Numbered from the stretch's first letter, positions 37,724-47,924 are shown. The stretch is 64,000 bases of DNA from Anaerolineae bacterium (GCA_034435015.1 DAOTYH010000103.1:741-64740); one strand, 5' to 3'. The notes: a model not told the origin generated them from the sequence alone. Numbers and translations are program-made.

Positions 37724-40558
37724 ATGCGCCGCTTTTTTGGTGTCTTAGCGCTGTTTTCTGTGCTGGCGCTCCAAGGGTCGGCCCTGTCATGGCCTGAGCG
37801 GCAGGCCATTATAGATACAGAGGTCGAGGCTATCTTGGCTCGGATGGGGCCGGAGGAGCGGGTGGGACAGCTCTTTCTCGTAACCTTTTATGGCTCAGAT
37901 TATGGCCCCAATTCGGAGATCGCTAGGCTTATCTCTGAATACCGGGTCGGTGGTGTCGTGTTGTCAGTTGAGAATGGCAATTTCAGTAGTAATGGTGATG
38001 ACCTTCCAGAGCAAATCTACCGCTTGACCAGTGAGCTGCAACGATTAGCAGATGGGCTTCCAGGCGAAGGGGGAGCTGGAGAACTCGATCTGCCTGACAG
38101 TAGCAGAGTTTATATTCCACTATTTGTTGGAGTCGAGCAGGGGGAGAGCTATCCCTACGATTATCTCCCCTACATAATATCCCCTCTGCCAACTAGTATG
38201 GCTATTGGTGCGACGTGGGACCCTGTGTTAGCAAAGGAGGCAGGCAGGATAGCTGGTCAGGAATTGGCGGCACTAGGGTTTAACTTGTTGCTTGGTCCTT
38301 CTGCTGATGTCGTGCAAATTCCGCAACCCTACACTGCTGGTGATATGGGCACGCGCGTATTCGGCGGCGAACCTTTCTGGGTTTCACAGATGACAGCGGC
38401 TTATGTGCGTGGTGTGCATGAGGGCAGTGAGGGGCGTGTAGCTGTTGTGCCGCGTTATTTCCCTGGTTATGGAGGGGCCGACCGCCTTGCGAGTGTCGAG
38501 ATACCTACTGTGCGCCGTTCTCTGGACCAACTGATCCAGTTTGATCTGAAACCGTTCTTCGCTGTAACGGGTAGTGCTACCGATCCATTAGAACGTGCAG
38601 AGGGGCTGATGACAGGACACATCCGTTACCTTGGTTTTCAAGGTGATAACCCGCGCCTGTCAACACGTCCTATCAGCCTCGATCAGCAGGCTTTGCAGGT
38701 ATTACTGCGGCTTGACTCTATCAATTCTTGGAGGCAGAGCGGTGGATTGCTGGTCAGTGATGCGCTTGGTTTGAGGGGAGTACGGCGTTTCTATGATCCA
38801 CGAGAGGCGTCTTTCTCCAATCGGCGTGTTGCCCAGGATGCTTTTCTAGCTGGTAATGATGTTTTGTATCTAGGGAGCTTTGGGGGCAGTTCCTCTGCTG
38901 ATCAGACTGCAAAGATAATAGACACGATAGAGTTTTTTGTTCAGTTGTACAATGCCGACCCCGCCTTTCAGGCGCGGGTGGATGAGTCTGTCCGCCGCAT
39001 TATCCGCACTAAGCTCAATCTGTACCAGCGTTTTGAACTGGATAGGGTATTGTCACAACCAGCGGCTTTGGATGTGGTAGGGCAGAACAGTCAAGTAGCT
39101 CTCAACGTTGCACAGCGTGCACTTACCCTGCTCTCGCCAGAACAGCCTGAGCTATTGTCTGCTCCCCGATCGGGGGAACAAATTGTTATCTTCATGGACA
39201 GTCGTGTTGTCCAACCCTGTCAAACCTGTGTAGCACGTCCGCTTCTTGCCGTAGATGCACTCCAGTCTGCCATCTTGCGTCTGTATGGTCCACAAGCCAG
39301 CGATTTAGTTAGTCTCGCCAATATTCGGAGCTTTTCGTTTGATCAACTATCCAGTTACCTTCAATATGGCCCGCAGGAGGTCATCAGCGGAGAAGGTACA
39401 CCCCAGCCAGATGCTCTGGCCATTGCGTTGAACTCCGCAGACTGGATCGTTTTTGTGATGCTCAATGTTGATACGAGCATCGCGCCTTCATCGGATGTGG
39501 TGAAACGTTTCTTGGCTTCTCCGCCAGTTGGAGCAGATACGCAGATTGTCGTGATGGCGATGGGGGCACCGTACTATCTGGATTCGACTGAGATTGGCAA
39601 GTTGACAGCCTATTACGCTCTCTATGATTACTCGGAGCCTTTTATTGATGTAGCGGCTCGTGCTCTGTTTCTGGGGATTCCGGAGGGCGGTGCTTCTCCC
39701 GTTTCGGTAAGTGGAATTGGTTATGATGTTTTTGAGGCCACCTCGCCTGATCCTGACCAGATCATCAATCTCTCGATCATCAGTGAAGGAGAGAGAGAAG
39801 AAGGAACATTCACACCGACCCCGCCTCTGGCACTGGGACAGGGTGATACCCTCTTTCTGGTAACCAGTGTCATCTTGGATCAGAATGCTCATCCTGTGCC
39901 AGACGGAACACCTGTAGAGTTCATCGTTGAGTATCTGAACACTGGCCTGCGCGATACACTGTCTGCAACGACAACAGGGGGGATAGCAAGGGCTGACCTG
40001 CCCCTAACACGGGCAGGGGACCTGCGTATCACTGCTCAGAGCGGCTCGGCTCGTAATTCGAATGCCATCCGTCTGACTATTCCGGATACAGGGAGTGCGG
40101 TGATCTCGATCTTGCCCCCCGATATTCCGCCTACATCTACCCCAAGCCCGACCGATACCCCCACCCCTGAATCAATGCCGGCCTTGAATTCGACTGCGAC
40201 TCCTGTGATCGAGTCTAACCCTCAGCCGCGAAGTGTCTACTTCCGTGATCTTTTCTTATCTTTGCTAGGCTTGATCGGGATCGGGGGAGCTGTTTTTCTA
40301 TTTGGGCTTAGTAAGCATGACCTGAACTATGCCTTGCTTACCTCTTTGCCGGTGTTCATAGTTGGACTGGTAGGCTACAACTACTATGCTTTGCTGTTGC
40401 CCGGAGCTGGCTTCTGGCGTAGCTTGTTTGGTAGCAGTTGGGGAGCTGGTGTGGCTACTTGGGCAGGCGGATTACTGGGAGCTGGTATGGCCACGCTGGC
40501 TCTTTATGGCTGGGAGCGCTGGGTTGGCCCTTCGTCAGGGAGACAACAGCGTCGGTGA
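37724..40558 (+). CDS. Glycoside hydrolase family 3 (NagZ/BglX-like N-terminal domain) with long C-terminal extension and C-terminal TM helices
   Basis: Signal peptide. GH3 features [30 protein letters not shown] (nucleophile Asp context). A Pro/Thr/Ser linker ([15 protein letters not shown]) is followed by 3-4 hydrophobic helices. Confidence 0.7.
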   Translation: MRRFFGVLALFSVLALQGSALSWPERQAIIDTEVEAILARMGPEERVGQLFLVTFYGSDYGPNSEIARLISEYRVGGVVLSVENGNFSSNGDDLPEQIYRLTSELQRLADGLPGEGGAGELDLPDSSRVYIPLFVGVEQGESYPYDYLPYIISPLPTSMAIGATWDPVLAKEAGRIAGQELAALGFNLLLGPSADVVQIPQPYTAGDMGTRVFGGEPFWVSQMTAAYVRGVHEGSEGRVAVVPRYFPGYGGADRLASVEIPTVRRSLDQLIQFDLKPFFAVTGSATDPLERAEGLMTGHIRYLGFQGDNPRLSTRPISLDQQALQVLLRLDSINSWRQSGGLLVSDALGLRGVRRFYDPREASFSNRRVAQDAFLAGNDVLYLGSFGGSSSADQTAKIIDTIEFFVQLYNADPAFQARVDESVRRIIRTKLNLYQRFELDRVLSQPAALDVVGQNSQVALNVAQRALTLLSPEQPELLSAPRSGEQIVIFMDSRVVQPCQTCVARPLLAVDALQSAILRLYGPQASDLVSLANIRSFSFDQLSSYLQYGPQEVISGEGTPQPDALAIALNSADWIVFVMLNVDTSIAPSSDVVKRFLASPPVGADTQIVVMAMGAPYYLDSTEIGKLTAYYALYDYSEPFIDVAARALFLGIPEGGASPVSVSGIGYDVFEATSPDPDQIINLSIISEGEREEGTFTPTPPLALGQGDTLFLVTSVILDQNAHPVPDGTPVEFIVEYLNTGLRDTLSATTTGGIARADLPLTRAGDLRITAQSGSARNSNAIRLTIPDTGSAVISILPPDIPPTSTPSPTDTPTPESMPALNSTATPVIESNPQPRSVYFRDLFLSLLGLIGIGGAVFLFGLSKHDLNYALLTSLPVFIVGLVGYNYYALLLPGAGFWRSLFGSSWGAGVATWAGGLLGAGMATLALYGWERWVGPSSGRQQRR

Positions 40559-41536
40559 AAGCGCTGTCGCCAGAATGGCGATGAAAAGGAGCACCAATGC
40601 TGTCAGAGCTAGGATCCGGTTGACCGGAGCGACTCGATTCAGGGGATGTCGGCTTTGCAGGTTAGGCCACAGTGTCAACGGACCGGTTGAGAGCAATACG
40701 TCTTTGAACGCCTGTACGCTAGGTGGCCGGTCGTCTGGATGCATTTCTAAGGCCCACAAGATGGCCTGTTCTGATCTGATACTGATATGGGGATTGAGGG
40801 TACGTGGCGGCCTCAATGCACCTGACTGAAGGAAGCGGGTCTTGGCTTCTGCAGGCGGCTCGTTGGTCAGAAGGTGGTAGAGGGTAGCTCCCAGTGAATA
40901 GATGTCAGAACGGGCGTCAGTATGACCAGAGTCTCCGCCGTACTGCTCTAGGGGAGTATAAAGAACTGTACCGCGTCCCTGAATCACCGTCACAGTGCGG
41001 GTATCATCAGGTATCATAACTTTGACAAGCCCGAAATCAACCAGTTTGATCAGTCCGTCAGGCGTCAATTTAATGTTGGCCGGTTTAATATCTCGATGCA
41101 GAACAGGCGGATTCTGGCTATGGAGATAAGTTAAGGCATCGCATAATTGCCCCGCCCAATCTAAAACCTGATGTTCTGGGAGAAAAGAACCTTTACTTCG
41201 GGCTTCTTCGATTTTCTGGCGGAGGTCATTACCAGGGACAAAGTCCATCACAAGGAAATCCCGGTTGTCCTCGCTGAAAAAATCAGATACTTTGGGAAGG
41301 CTGGGGTGATCGAGACGTGCTAAGACACTTGCCTCGCGGTAAAACTGTTCGCGGGCTTGTTCTTGCTCTGTTGGTGAGCTGGCGGGATCGATCTGTATCT
41401 CTTTGATTGCGCAGAAGCGTCCCTTCAACAGGGTATCTTCGGCGCGGTAGACAGAACCCATTCCGCCCTGTCCAACAGTTTCGATAATACGATACCGCGA
41501 TCGGATAATCGTACCCGACCTAAGGGGCGGCAACAT
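40535..41536 (-). CDS. Ser/Thr protein kinase, C-terminally tail-anchored
   Basis: [33 protein letters not shown], and a C-terminal TM helix [19 protein letters not shown]. Start set at the ATG at 41536 after GAGGAG; the track ORF start at 41689 would overlap the divergent gene. Confidence 0.85.
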   Translation of the reverse strand: MLPPLRSGTIIRSRYRIIETVGQGGMGSVYRAEDTLLKGRFCAIKEIQIDPASSPTEQEQAREQFYREASVLARLDHPSLPKVSDFFSEDNRDFLVMDFVPGNDLRQKIEEARSKGSFLPEHQVLDWAGQLCDALTYLHSQNPPVLHRDIKPANIKLTPDGLIKLVDFGLVKVMIPDDTRTVTVIQGRGTVLYTPLEQYGGDSGHTDARSDIYSLGATLYHLLTNEPPAEAKTRFLQSGALRPPRTLNPHISIRSEQAILWALEMHPDDRPPSVQAFKDVLLSTGPLTLWPNLQSRHPLNRVAPVNRILALTALVLLFIAILATALSPTLLSP

Positions 41537-41645
41537 TCTCTTCTCCTCGCGGCCCCAGGTACATGCCAGCACAAGCGGATAGCATGAAGATGGGCGGCCT
41601 GGAGAGACAATAACCTTGTATGGGGGGTTTGTCAAGAGGAGTGGA

Positions 41646-42335
41646 ATGGTGGTCAAGCAAACGGCAGACAAAGACAAACCGGTTCTCATTATTGTCGAGG
41701 GGCCTCTGCAGGGTCAACAGTGGGTTATGCATGGCGATCAGTTGACCATTGGACGTGGTGCGCAATGTGACATTGTCATTCCAGAGCGGAGTATATCACG
41801 AGAGCATGTCCGCATCTGGCGGGAAGGAAAACAGTATTTTATTGAGGATTTGGGTAGCAAGAACGGAACTCATGTCAACGCGGTCAGGCTGGAAAAGCCT
41901 ATTCCACTTAATGAGGGGGACGAGATACAGATCGCACTCTGTGCAAAGATCAAGTTCGTCGGCTCTGAGGCGACAGTGCCTCTCATATTGAAGGAGGGTG
42001 AAGGAGCTGAAATCGGCCTAAGGCTTGATGAACATACCCGTCAGGTTATCATCAATGGCAGACTTCTTGAACCGCAATTATCACTATACCAGTATCGTTT
42101 GCTAGAGATGCTCTACAAAAGCGGAGGCGGCATCTGCACCCGTGATGATGTGGTGCTTGCGGTCTGGCCTGAGGCGGCCAGAGAAGGGGTTAGCGAGCAG
42201 GCTATTGACGCGCTTGTGCGCCGCCTGCGCGACAGACTAGCCGAGCTGTCACCCGATCATGAATACGTTGTAACCGTGCGGGGGCACGGGTTTCGGCTGG
42301 TACAGCCGGGCAAAAACCCAGACTCTACCGGCTGA
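41646..42335 (+). CDS. FHA domain plus OmpR/PhoB-type winged-helix DNA-binding domain regulator
   Basis: N-terminal FHA domain ([46 protein letters not shown]). C-terminal trans_reg_C-like domain ([32 protein letters not shown]...VRRLRDRL...[11 protein letters not shown]). Confidence 0.8.
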   Translation: MVVKQTADKDKPVLIIVEGPLQGQQWVMHGDQLTIGRGAQCDIVIPERSISREHVRIWREGKQYFIEDLGSKNGTHVNAVRLEKPIPLNEGDEIQIALCAKIKFVGSEATVPLILKEGEGAEIGLRLDEHTRQVIINGRLLEPQLSLYQYRLLEMLYKSGGGICTRDDVVLAVWPEAAREGVSEQAIDALVRRLRDRLAELSPDHEYVVTVRGHGFRLVQPGKNPDSTG

Positions 42336-42377
42336 AAACCGGTTGTTATCCGGCCTGCCTTATCCCGGCTGGCGAGT

Positions 42378-44348
42378 TTAAGTGAGCGCTATGTATTCGT
42401 CTTTGACCAGCATGGGCTTGTCAATATGGAGGTAAGCTAGCAGTTCGGAGATGGCGTCCGCCTTATTCTCAGCGTCTATTCTTGACCAAGTACGGCTCTT
42501 CAACTCTAGATAGTGCCCCTCCAACGCAGGCTCAATGAGCCTATCAAGATTGACATAGATGCGAAGCCCTTTGTAGTCAATGTGCCACCGGCGGCGCTCC
42601 TTGGTGATGGTACGTTCTGACCGAGCCTGAAAATATTCTCTATAGAAACGGAGGGGTCTTGTGGCAGGCGCAATATAGCGTGAGCGTGAGAGCAGGATGG
42701 CGTTGCTGAACTCACGCTCTTTGCCAGGGCTGGTCAATGTCAGGCGGGTCCGCACATTGCAGACATTGCCCTTCTCGTCAAGGTAATCGTCCTCCCGATA
42801 GCGTACACGTTCATAGTTAGGCGGCCCAAACTCAAAATAGGTGTCGTATTGCCGATAAGAAGAATACTTGACTGGTATAACGTCAGGGTGTTTGAACAGT
42901 AGTTCAATTTGCTCAGGACTTTGCAGGCGGGCTTTGACCTGTACCTCAAAGCTTTCTTCCTGTTGCAATTCTCCAATGGCCAGCAGTTTAGATAGGATGT
43001 CGCCCTCGCGCTCAATGAGAAAGATGTCAATACGTTTGGCAATGGCGGCGGCCTGATAGAGCAGTTCATTCATGTCCAGAGTCAGCAAAACACGGTCGCG
43101 CATCAGCCAGACCCCATTACACATAACGTGTTGTACGTCACTACTCTTGGTCGCGTAAATGAGGCGTGAATAGATCGCCTCAGGGTCGCGGTTGAAGAAG
43201 GGCCAGTTATGGACACGCTCCAAGCCAACTACCACTATATCTGCCCGTTTGCCCGGCTCCAGCGAGCCTGTCAGGTCTCCTAGGTGGAGTGCCCGTGCGC
43301 CCATGCTGGTGGCCATAGTCAAGGCCTGCTTTGCTGGTAGTGCGGTTGGGCTGTCTGTGGCCACTTTAGCAAGCAATGCGGCGAGGCGGGTCTCTTCGAA
43401 CATATCTAGATCGTTATTGCTGGCTGGGCCGTCGGTGCCGATCCCTACGTTCAGCCCCAGCTCAAGCATCTGATTGACAGGCGCCATGCCACTGGCAAGC
43501 TTCAGATTGCTGGTCGGATTGTGGGCTACGCCTGCCTTATGATGAAGAAGGGTTCGCATTTCTCCTTCATCAACATGGACGCAATGAGCCGCAATGACTT
43601 TCGCATCAAACAGGTTCTGCTTCTTGAGCCAGGGCACGACTGGCATGCCGTATTGTTTCCGATTATCGGCAACTTCAAGGGCTGTCTCGCTGACGTGAAT
43701 GTGCAGGGGGACATCATATTCGACTGCCAGCGCGGCACAGGCTTGCAGGATTTCGGGTGTACAGGTGTAGGCGGCATGGGGCGAGACGGCGGGCACGATC
43801 AGGGGGTGGTCTTTCCATTTGGTGATGAAGGCATGACACGCTTCCAAGCTTTCTTCATAGCTGGGGGCGTCAGGGGACGGAAATTTAAGTATCGTTTGCC
43901 CGCAGACTGCCCGCACCCCGACCTGGACACAGGTGCTGGCAACACTGTCCTCGAAATAGTACATGTCCGCAAAGGTAGTGACACCAGACTGGATCATCTC
44001 GGCACAAGCCAAGGCTGTGCCAATTCGTACAAAGTCTGGGTTTACAAATTCGCGTTCGGTGGGCATCATGTATCCCATCAGCCAGACGTCAAGCCTTAGA
44101 TCGTCGGCTAAACCGCGTAGCAGAGTCATTGGGGCATGAGTGTGGGCATTGATGAGTCCTGGAATGATTGCACTGCCGGAGCAGTCTATGACTTCGGAAG
44201 CTTGATAGTCACGGTTGATCTGGTCTGCTTGCCCTACAGCGATGATCTTATCGCCCTTAACAGCAATTGCGCCATTCTCGATAATCGAGTACGACTCATC
44301 CATCATTACAACAGTGCCATTGGTGAGGATGGTATCAGCAAGCTTCAT
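42378..44348 (-). CDS. MtaD-like amidohydrolase (5-methylthioadenosine/S-adenosylhomocysteine deaminase family) fused to a C-terminal CYTH (triphosphate tunnel/class IV cyclase-like) domain
   Basis: Residues 1-440 carry INAHTHAPMTLLRGLADD, HIHVSET, HCVH and GIGTDG metal ligands. Residues ~460-645 (nt ~42414-42971) carry FEVQVKARL, RQYDTYF, RVRYRE and KERRRWHIDYKGLRIYVNLDRL...GHYLELKS, which are CYTH-like strands. Confidence 0.7.
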   Translation of the reverse strand: MKLADTILTNGTVVMMDESYSIIENGAIAVKGDKIIAVGQADQINRDYQASEVIDCSGSAIIPGLINAHTHAPMTLLRGLADDLRLDVWLMGYMMPTEREFVNPDFVRIGTALACAEMIQSGVTTFADMYYFEDSVASTCVQVGVRAVCGQTILKFPSPDAPSYEESLEACHAFITKWKDHPLIVPAVSPHAAYTCTPEILQACAALAVEYDVPLHIHVSETALEVADNRKQYGMPVVPWLKKQNLFDAKVIAAHCVHVDEGEMRTLLHHKAGVAHNPTSNLKLASGMAPVNQMLELGLNVGIGTDGPASNNDLDMFEETRLAALLAKVATDSPTALPAKQALTMATSMGARALHLGDLTGSLEPGKRADIVVVGLERVHNWPFFNRDPEAIYSRLIYATKSSDVQHVMCNGVWLMRDRVLLTLDMNELLYQAAAIAKRIDIFLIEREGDILSKLLAIGELQQEESFEVQVKARLQSPEQIELLFKHPDVIPVKYSSYRQYDTYFEFGPPNYERVRYREDDYLDEKGNVCNVRTRLTLTSPGKEREFSNAILLSRSRYIAPATRPLRFYREYFQARSERTITKERRRWHIDYKGLRIYVNLDRLIEPALEGHYLELKSRTWSRIDAENKADAISELLAYLHIDKPMLVKDEYIALT

Positions 44349-44424
44349 GATGCCTCCCGTAATCTAGTAGTGAGGCCAATTATAGTCGCCTGAGGGATCG
44401 TTACAAGGAGCAACGCCGTTAAAG

Positions 44425-46359
44425 ATGGGTTCGAAACGCATTTTCCGCTTGATAGAGGGCAGTTTGGTGGCCTTGTTTTTGATACAGGCTGTGCGCGTAG
44501 TCTTTGCGATGCTACTTAGCATGATCAATGTGGCTTTAGACACTCAGCGTGTTGATCTGCTCATTGTGAACGCGCACCTGTTTCTGGCCGCCGCCCTGAT
44601 TCTGTCCTGGTTCGCCCCTCGCGCTCGTTCGGCCTTGCCCGGAACGCTCAGCGTAAGTGCGATCATCGTTGCAGTGGGGCGGGTATTTATGTCATTTCAG
44701 GCTCCACCGGTGCGGTTGTATTCTGCGCTGGTCGTCATTGGCTTTGGCGGCGTTTATTTTGCCTCTCTGCTCAGGGCCAACTGGCGGGGCTGGGTTTCAA
44801 ACTTGATAGTGGCCATGACGTTCGATCAACTCTTGCGTGCTTGGGACACTTACGACTTCTCTCTGCGCATATGGTTCGATCTGTATGTAGGCGATTTGTT
44901 GCGTCGTGTCCCCTGGCTTGCTGTTCAAATCCTCTTGTCGGTACTTGTTGTTGTTGCCAGCCGAATGGCACGGCGCTCGGCTAGGTCAGAGCCATATGAA
45001 CCTGCTTTTCTGGGAATATGGGGAGGGCTGTCTGTTGGTAGTTTCTTGGCTCTGGAAACCCTTCTGCTGGCAATGCCTAATGTGATAGCCCGGTGGGCTG
45101 GTGTACCTTATGCCGCACTTGTCCCTTGGTTACTGCTTGCTACTGCACTGCCGCTGATGCCTGGCATCCGTGAACTGATGGCTCGAACGTTGGAGACATT
45201 TGATGATCGATTGCGCGGCTGGGTCTGGTTATTCATGTTTCTGGTCATGTTTGTAGTCGGGAATCGCTTGGGCGGGTGGGGAGCGGCCGGGGCGCTGATC
45301 GTGGCACAGTTCATGGCGGTCCTGACGCTCTGGTGTGTCCCAAGCCCGCCTGACCCGGTCGAGGTAGAGCAGGTGGGGCCGTCGCTCAGTGTGGGGTTGT
45401 TTGTTTTCGTCGCGTTGGTCTACGTATATAGTTTCACCTTTGAATATGCTCGGACATTTGCCTGGCTTGAAGATCAGGGGTTAGTTGTGATATTGGTTGC
45501 GGCAGGACTACTGGGGGTGTCACGCCTGTCATGGCGTGAAGAAGACCCTTGGCAGATTAAGCCGTCAATACCTAGGGCAGTTGCTACTGCCTTTGTCTTC
45601 CCAGTGACTGTTTTGGGCCTGATCTTGAGCGGCTTGGGCGCTCAGCCTGTGCCTCCCCTGCCCCATGGAACATTACGTCTGGCAACCTACAATATCAATG
45701 GGGGGTATGATGAAGCGGGCATGTTTCAGATGGAGCTGATCGCCCGTACCATTGAAGCCAGCTTGGCCGATGTAGTGGCTTTACAAGAAGTAGATGTGGG
45801 GCGACCGGTCAGCTACGGTGCAGACGAGGTACAGTTCCTTGCGCGTCGTCTTGGGATGTACCAAGCTTACCAGCCGACCATAGGCCAGATGCGCGGCGTG
45901 GCTATCCTTTCGAGGTGGCCGATCACCGGTAGTGTAGGAGTGCTGATACCCGGAGCGGATGAGCAACAAGGGGCCTTGCGAAGCCTGTTACAAGAGCCTG
46001 CAACAGGCCGCTCGATAGTTATGGTCAGTGCACAGCTTTTGCCCGGAGACAATCAACAGCGCCTAGAGCAACTGGCGGTGTTGTTGAGCCTGATTGACGA
46101 TCTGTCCCCCGTAGTGTTGGGAGCAGATTTAGGGTTCTCGACAGAAGAAGATGTGATCTACCAGCAACTTCTGTCTGCTGGCTTTGTTGATCCGGACAAG
46201 GTATTGGGCATCGAGAGAGGCTTCACTTTTCCGGCAAGCAATCCCATGTACCGGCAAGATTATATTCTTGTGTTAGGAGCAACGCCGAGCGATTCGCGCC
46301 AGGTAGACAGCCGCGCTTCCGACCATCGCCTGGTTGTTATTGAGATAGGCTGGCCTTAA
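44425..46359 (+). CDS. Polytopic membrane protein with C-terminal endonuclease/exonuclease/phosphatase (EEP) domain
   Basis: About 10 hydrophobic segments in the first ~400 aa, then LRLATYNINGG...ALQEVD...SDHRLVVIEI, which are EEP motifs. Confidence 0.7.
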   Translation: MGSKRIFRLIEGSLVALFLIQAVRVVFAMLLSMINVALDTQRVDLLIVNAHLFLAAALILSWFAPRARSALPGTLSVSAIIVAVGRVFMSFQAPPVRLYSALVVIGFGGVYFASLLRANWRGWVSNLIVAMTFDQLLRAWDTYDFSLRIWFDLYVGDLLRRVPWLAVQILLSVLVVVASRMARRSARSEPYEPAFLGIWGGLSVGSFLALETLLLAMPNVIARWAGVPYAALVPWLLLATALPLMPGIRELMARTLETFDDRLRGWVWLFMFLVMFVVGNRLGGWGAAGALIVAQFMAVLTLWCVPSPPDPVEVEQVGPSLSVGLFVFVALVYVYSFTFEYARTFAWLEDQGLVVILVAAGLLGVSRLSWREEDPWQIKPSIPRAVATAFVFPVTVLGLILSGLGAQPVPPLPHGTLRLATYNINGGYDEAGMFQMELIARTIEASLADVVALQEVDVGRPVSYGADEVQFLARRLGMYQAYQPTIGQMRGVAILSRWPITGSVGVLIPGADEQQGALRSLLQEPATGRSIVMVSAQLLPGDNQQRLEQLAVLLSLIDDLSPVVLGADLGFSTEEDVIYQQLLSAGFVDPDKVLGIERGFTFPASNPMYRQDYILVLGATPSDSRQVDSRASDHRLVVIEIGWP

Positions 46360-47204
46360 AGTTTCCCTGCCTTAGCCCGCTTTAGTGCTTCGTCAACAGG
46401 CAAAAGGGGAGTGCGCAGGCAGGCAAATGCCTTTTCCAGCGATAGTGTGCAGTCGCGTGGACGTTCTGGCATCATGTCGGCGGCACGAACCGGTCGGACA
46501 ACCTGTATGGGATCATAGCCGAGCGCATCGAGAAGGCGGCTCCCGTATTCGTAACGGCTGAGGGGCTGGGGGCCGGTCACATGGAGGATGCCGCTCAGCT
46601 CACTGCCAGCTAGTTCCAATAAGACCTCAGCCAGATTCCAAGCCCAGATGGGTTGTCTGATCTCGTCTATAAACAGGGGTACGATTTCTCCTGCTTCGAT
46701 CTTCTCCAACATCCAACTGATCTGCCGGTTGGTGCGTGTCAGATCGTAGATCAGGCTGGTGCGTACTATCAGGCAGTCTGGGGTATTGAGAAACGTTCTT
46801 TCGTTTTCCGCTTTCACCCGACCATAGGGGCTGACCGGGGTAGGGGGAGCCTGCTCGTCGTAAGGGGGGTGCTTGCCATCAAAGATCAGGTCAGTCGAGA
46901 GGGCAATAAGGCGGCACTTTGCGCGTTGAGCAGCCTCACTGATATTGTGCGCCGCCGCGCGGTTGGCGGCTGCCATGTCCTCACTGCGGTCAGAAGTGCC
47001 TGCATGAATGATTGCTGTTGGCTTGACTTGCTCGACCAGGTCTAGTACAGCCTGACGGTTGCGCAGATCAAGTTGTACGGCTGTGCCTCCCCCGATGTTT
47101 GCGTGCCTGAAGTAGGTCCCTACCGTTTCCCATGAGCGGGCGGCCAAAGCTGAAAGCGGGCGCCCTAGATCACCGCTCGCGCCGGTGATGAGTAGTCTTT
47201 TCAT
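46356..47204 (-). CDS. RmlD-like NAD(P)-dependent sugar-nucleotide reductase (dTDP-4-dehydrorhamnose reductase family)
   Basis: LLITGASGDLG Rossmann motif, STDLIFDG, PVSPYGRVKAENE (YxxxK). ATGA overlap with the rnc stop. Confidence 0.7.
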   Translation of the reverse strand: MKRLLITGASGDLGRPLSALAARSWETVGTYFRHANIGGGTAVQLDLRNRQAVLDLVEQVKPTAIIHAGTSDRSEDMAAANRAAAHNISEAAQRAKCRLIALSTDLIFDGKHPPYDEQAPPTPVSPYGRVKAENERTFLNTPDCLIVRTSLIYDLTRTNRQISWMLEKIEAGEIVPLFIDEIRQPIWAWNLAEVLLELAGSELSGILHVTGPQPLSRYEYGSRLLDALGYDPIQVVRPVRAADMMPERPRDCTLSLEKAFACLRTPLLPVDEALKRAKAGKL

Positions 47205-47911
47205 GGTTGTCCGTGCTCAGCTTGCAGAATGGCCAGTGCCTGTTTGGCCGCCATCTGGGCGGCGGCCTGCTTGCTGAAGCCCTTCCCTTCTGCATAGCGT
47301 CTCTCACCAATGATCACGACAACCGTGAACTCCTTGGCATGATCAGGACCTTGACTACTAACTGTCTGGTAAATAGGGGTGATGCCAAGCTTAGCCTGAC
47401 AGTATTCCTGTAACATGCTCTTGGGGTCTTTGTCCAGCTCTAGGCGGAGTATTTCCTCTAAAGCGGCTTCAAAAAGCGGGCAGACAAAATCGCGAACTGC
47501 TTGAAAGCCCTGATCGAGGTAAAGTGCTCCTATAACTGCTTCAAAGGCGGCGCACAGATTGCCAACGCGGCTACGTCCGCCGCTTTCCTCTTCGCCTCGC
47601 CCAAGCAACAAAGCCTCGTTGATGTGAGTTTGGATAGCAAGCTCTGCTAGCGTCTGCGTTCGTACCAAAGCGGCCCGCAAGCGGGTCAAACGGCCCTCTG
47701 AGGCCTCTGGAAAACGATGATAGAGCATCTCGCCGCTGATGAAATCAATCACTGCGTCGCCCAGAAATTCGAGCCGCTGATTGTCCTCCGTTGCTTGGTC
47801 TGGATGTTCGTTGAGGAAGGAAGGATGTGTCAGGCTGCGCAGGAGTAAAGATTGGTCGTTGAAGTGAAGATTACTTAGTTCTTGGAAGGCGGCTATGCTA
47901 AGAGCTTCCAT
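47201..47911 (-). CDS. rnc: Ribonuclease III
   Basis: NQRLEFLGDAV signature and a C-terminal dsRBD (GPDHAKEFTVVV...GKGFSKQAAAQMAA). Confidence 0.92.
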   Translation of the reverse strand: MEALSIAAFQELSNLHFNDQSLLLRSLTHPSFLNEHPDQATEDNQRLEFLGDAVIDFISGEMLYHRFPEASEGRLTRLRAALVRTQTLAELAIQTHINEALLLGRGEEESGGRSRVGNLCAAFEAVIGALYLDQGFQAVRDFVCPLFEAALEEILRLELDKDPKSMLQEYCQAKLGITPIYQTVSSQGPDHAKEFTVVVIIGERRYAEGKGFSKQAAAQMAAKQALAILQAEHGQP

Positions 47912-47924
47912 AGTCCTGTTAATG

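Noticed and set aside
41537-41689. N-terminal 51 codons of the kinase track ORF, which overlap the divergent regulator gene
   Set aside because: The kinase subdomain I begins right after the internal ATG at 41536, which has a GAGGAG RBS. The extension is hydrophobic and low-complexity and would overlap the opposing gene's start region.
43521-44099. Long antisense ORFs inside strong genes (for example 43521-44099, 10002-10349, 16254-16691, 36024-36422, 36572-37069, 58371-58910, 51773-52378)
   Set aside because: All lie opposite genes with unambiguous conserved motifs. They have Arg/Pro/Ser/Gly/Ala-skewed compositions typical of antisense frames in GC-rich DNA, and no motifs or RBS were recognised.
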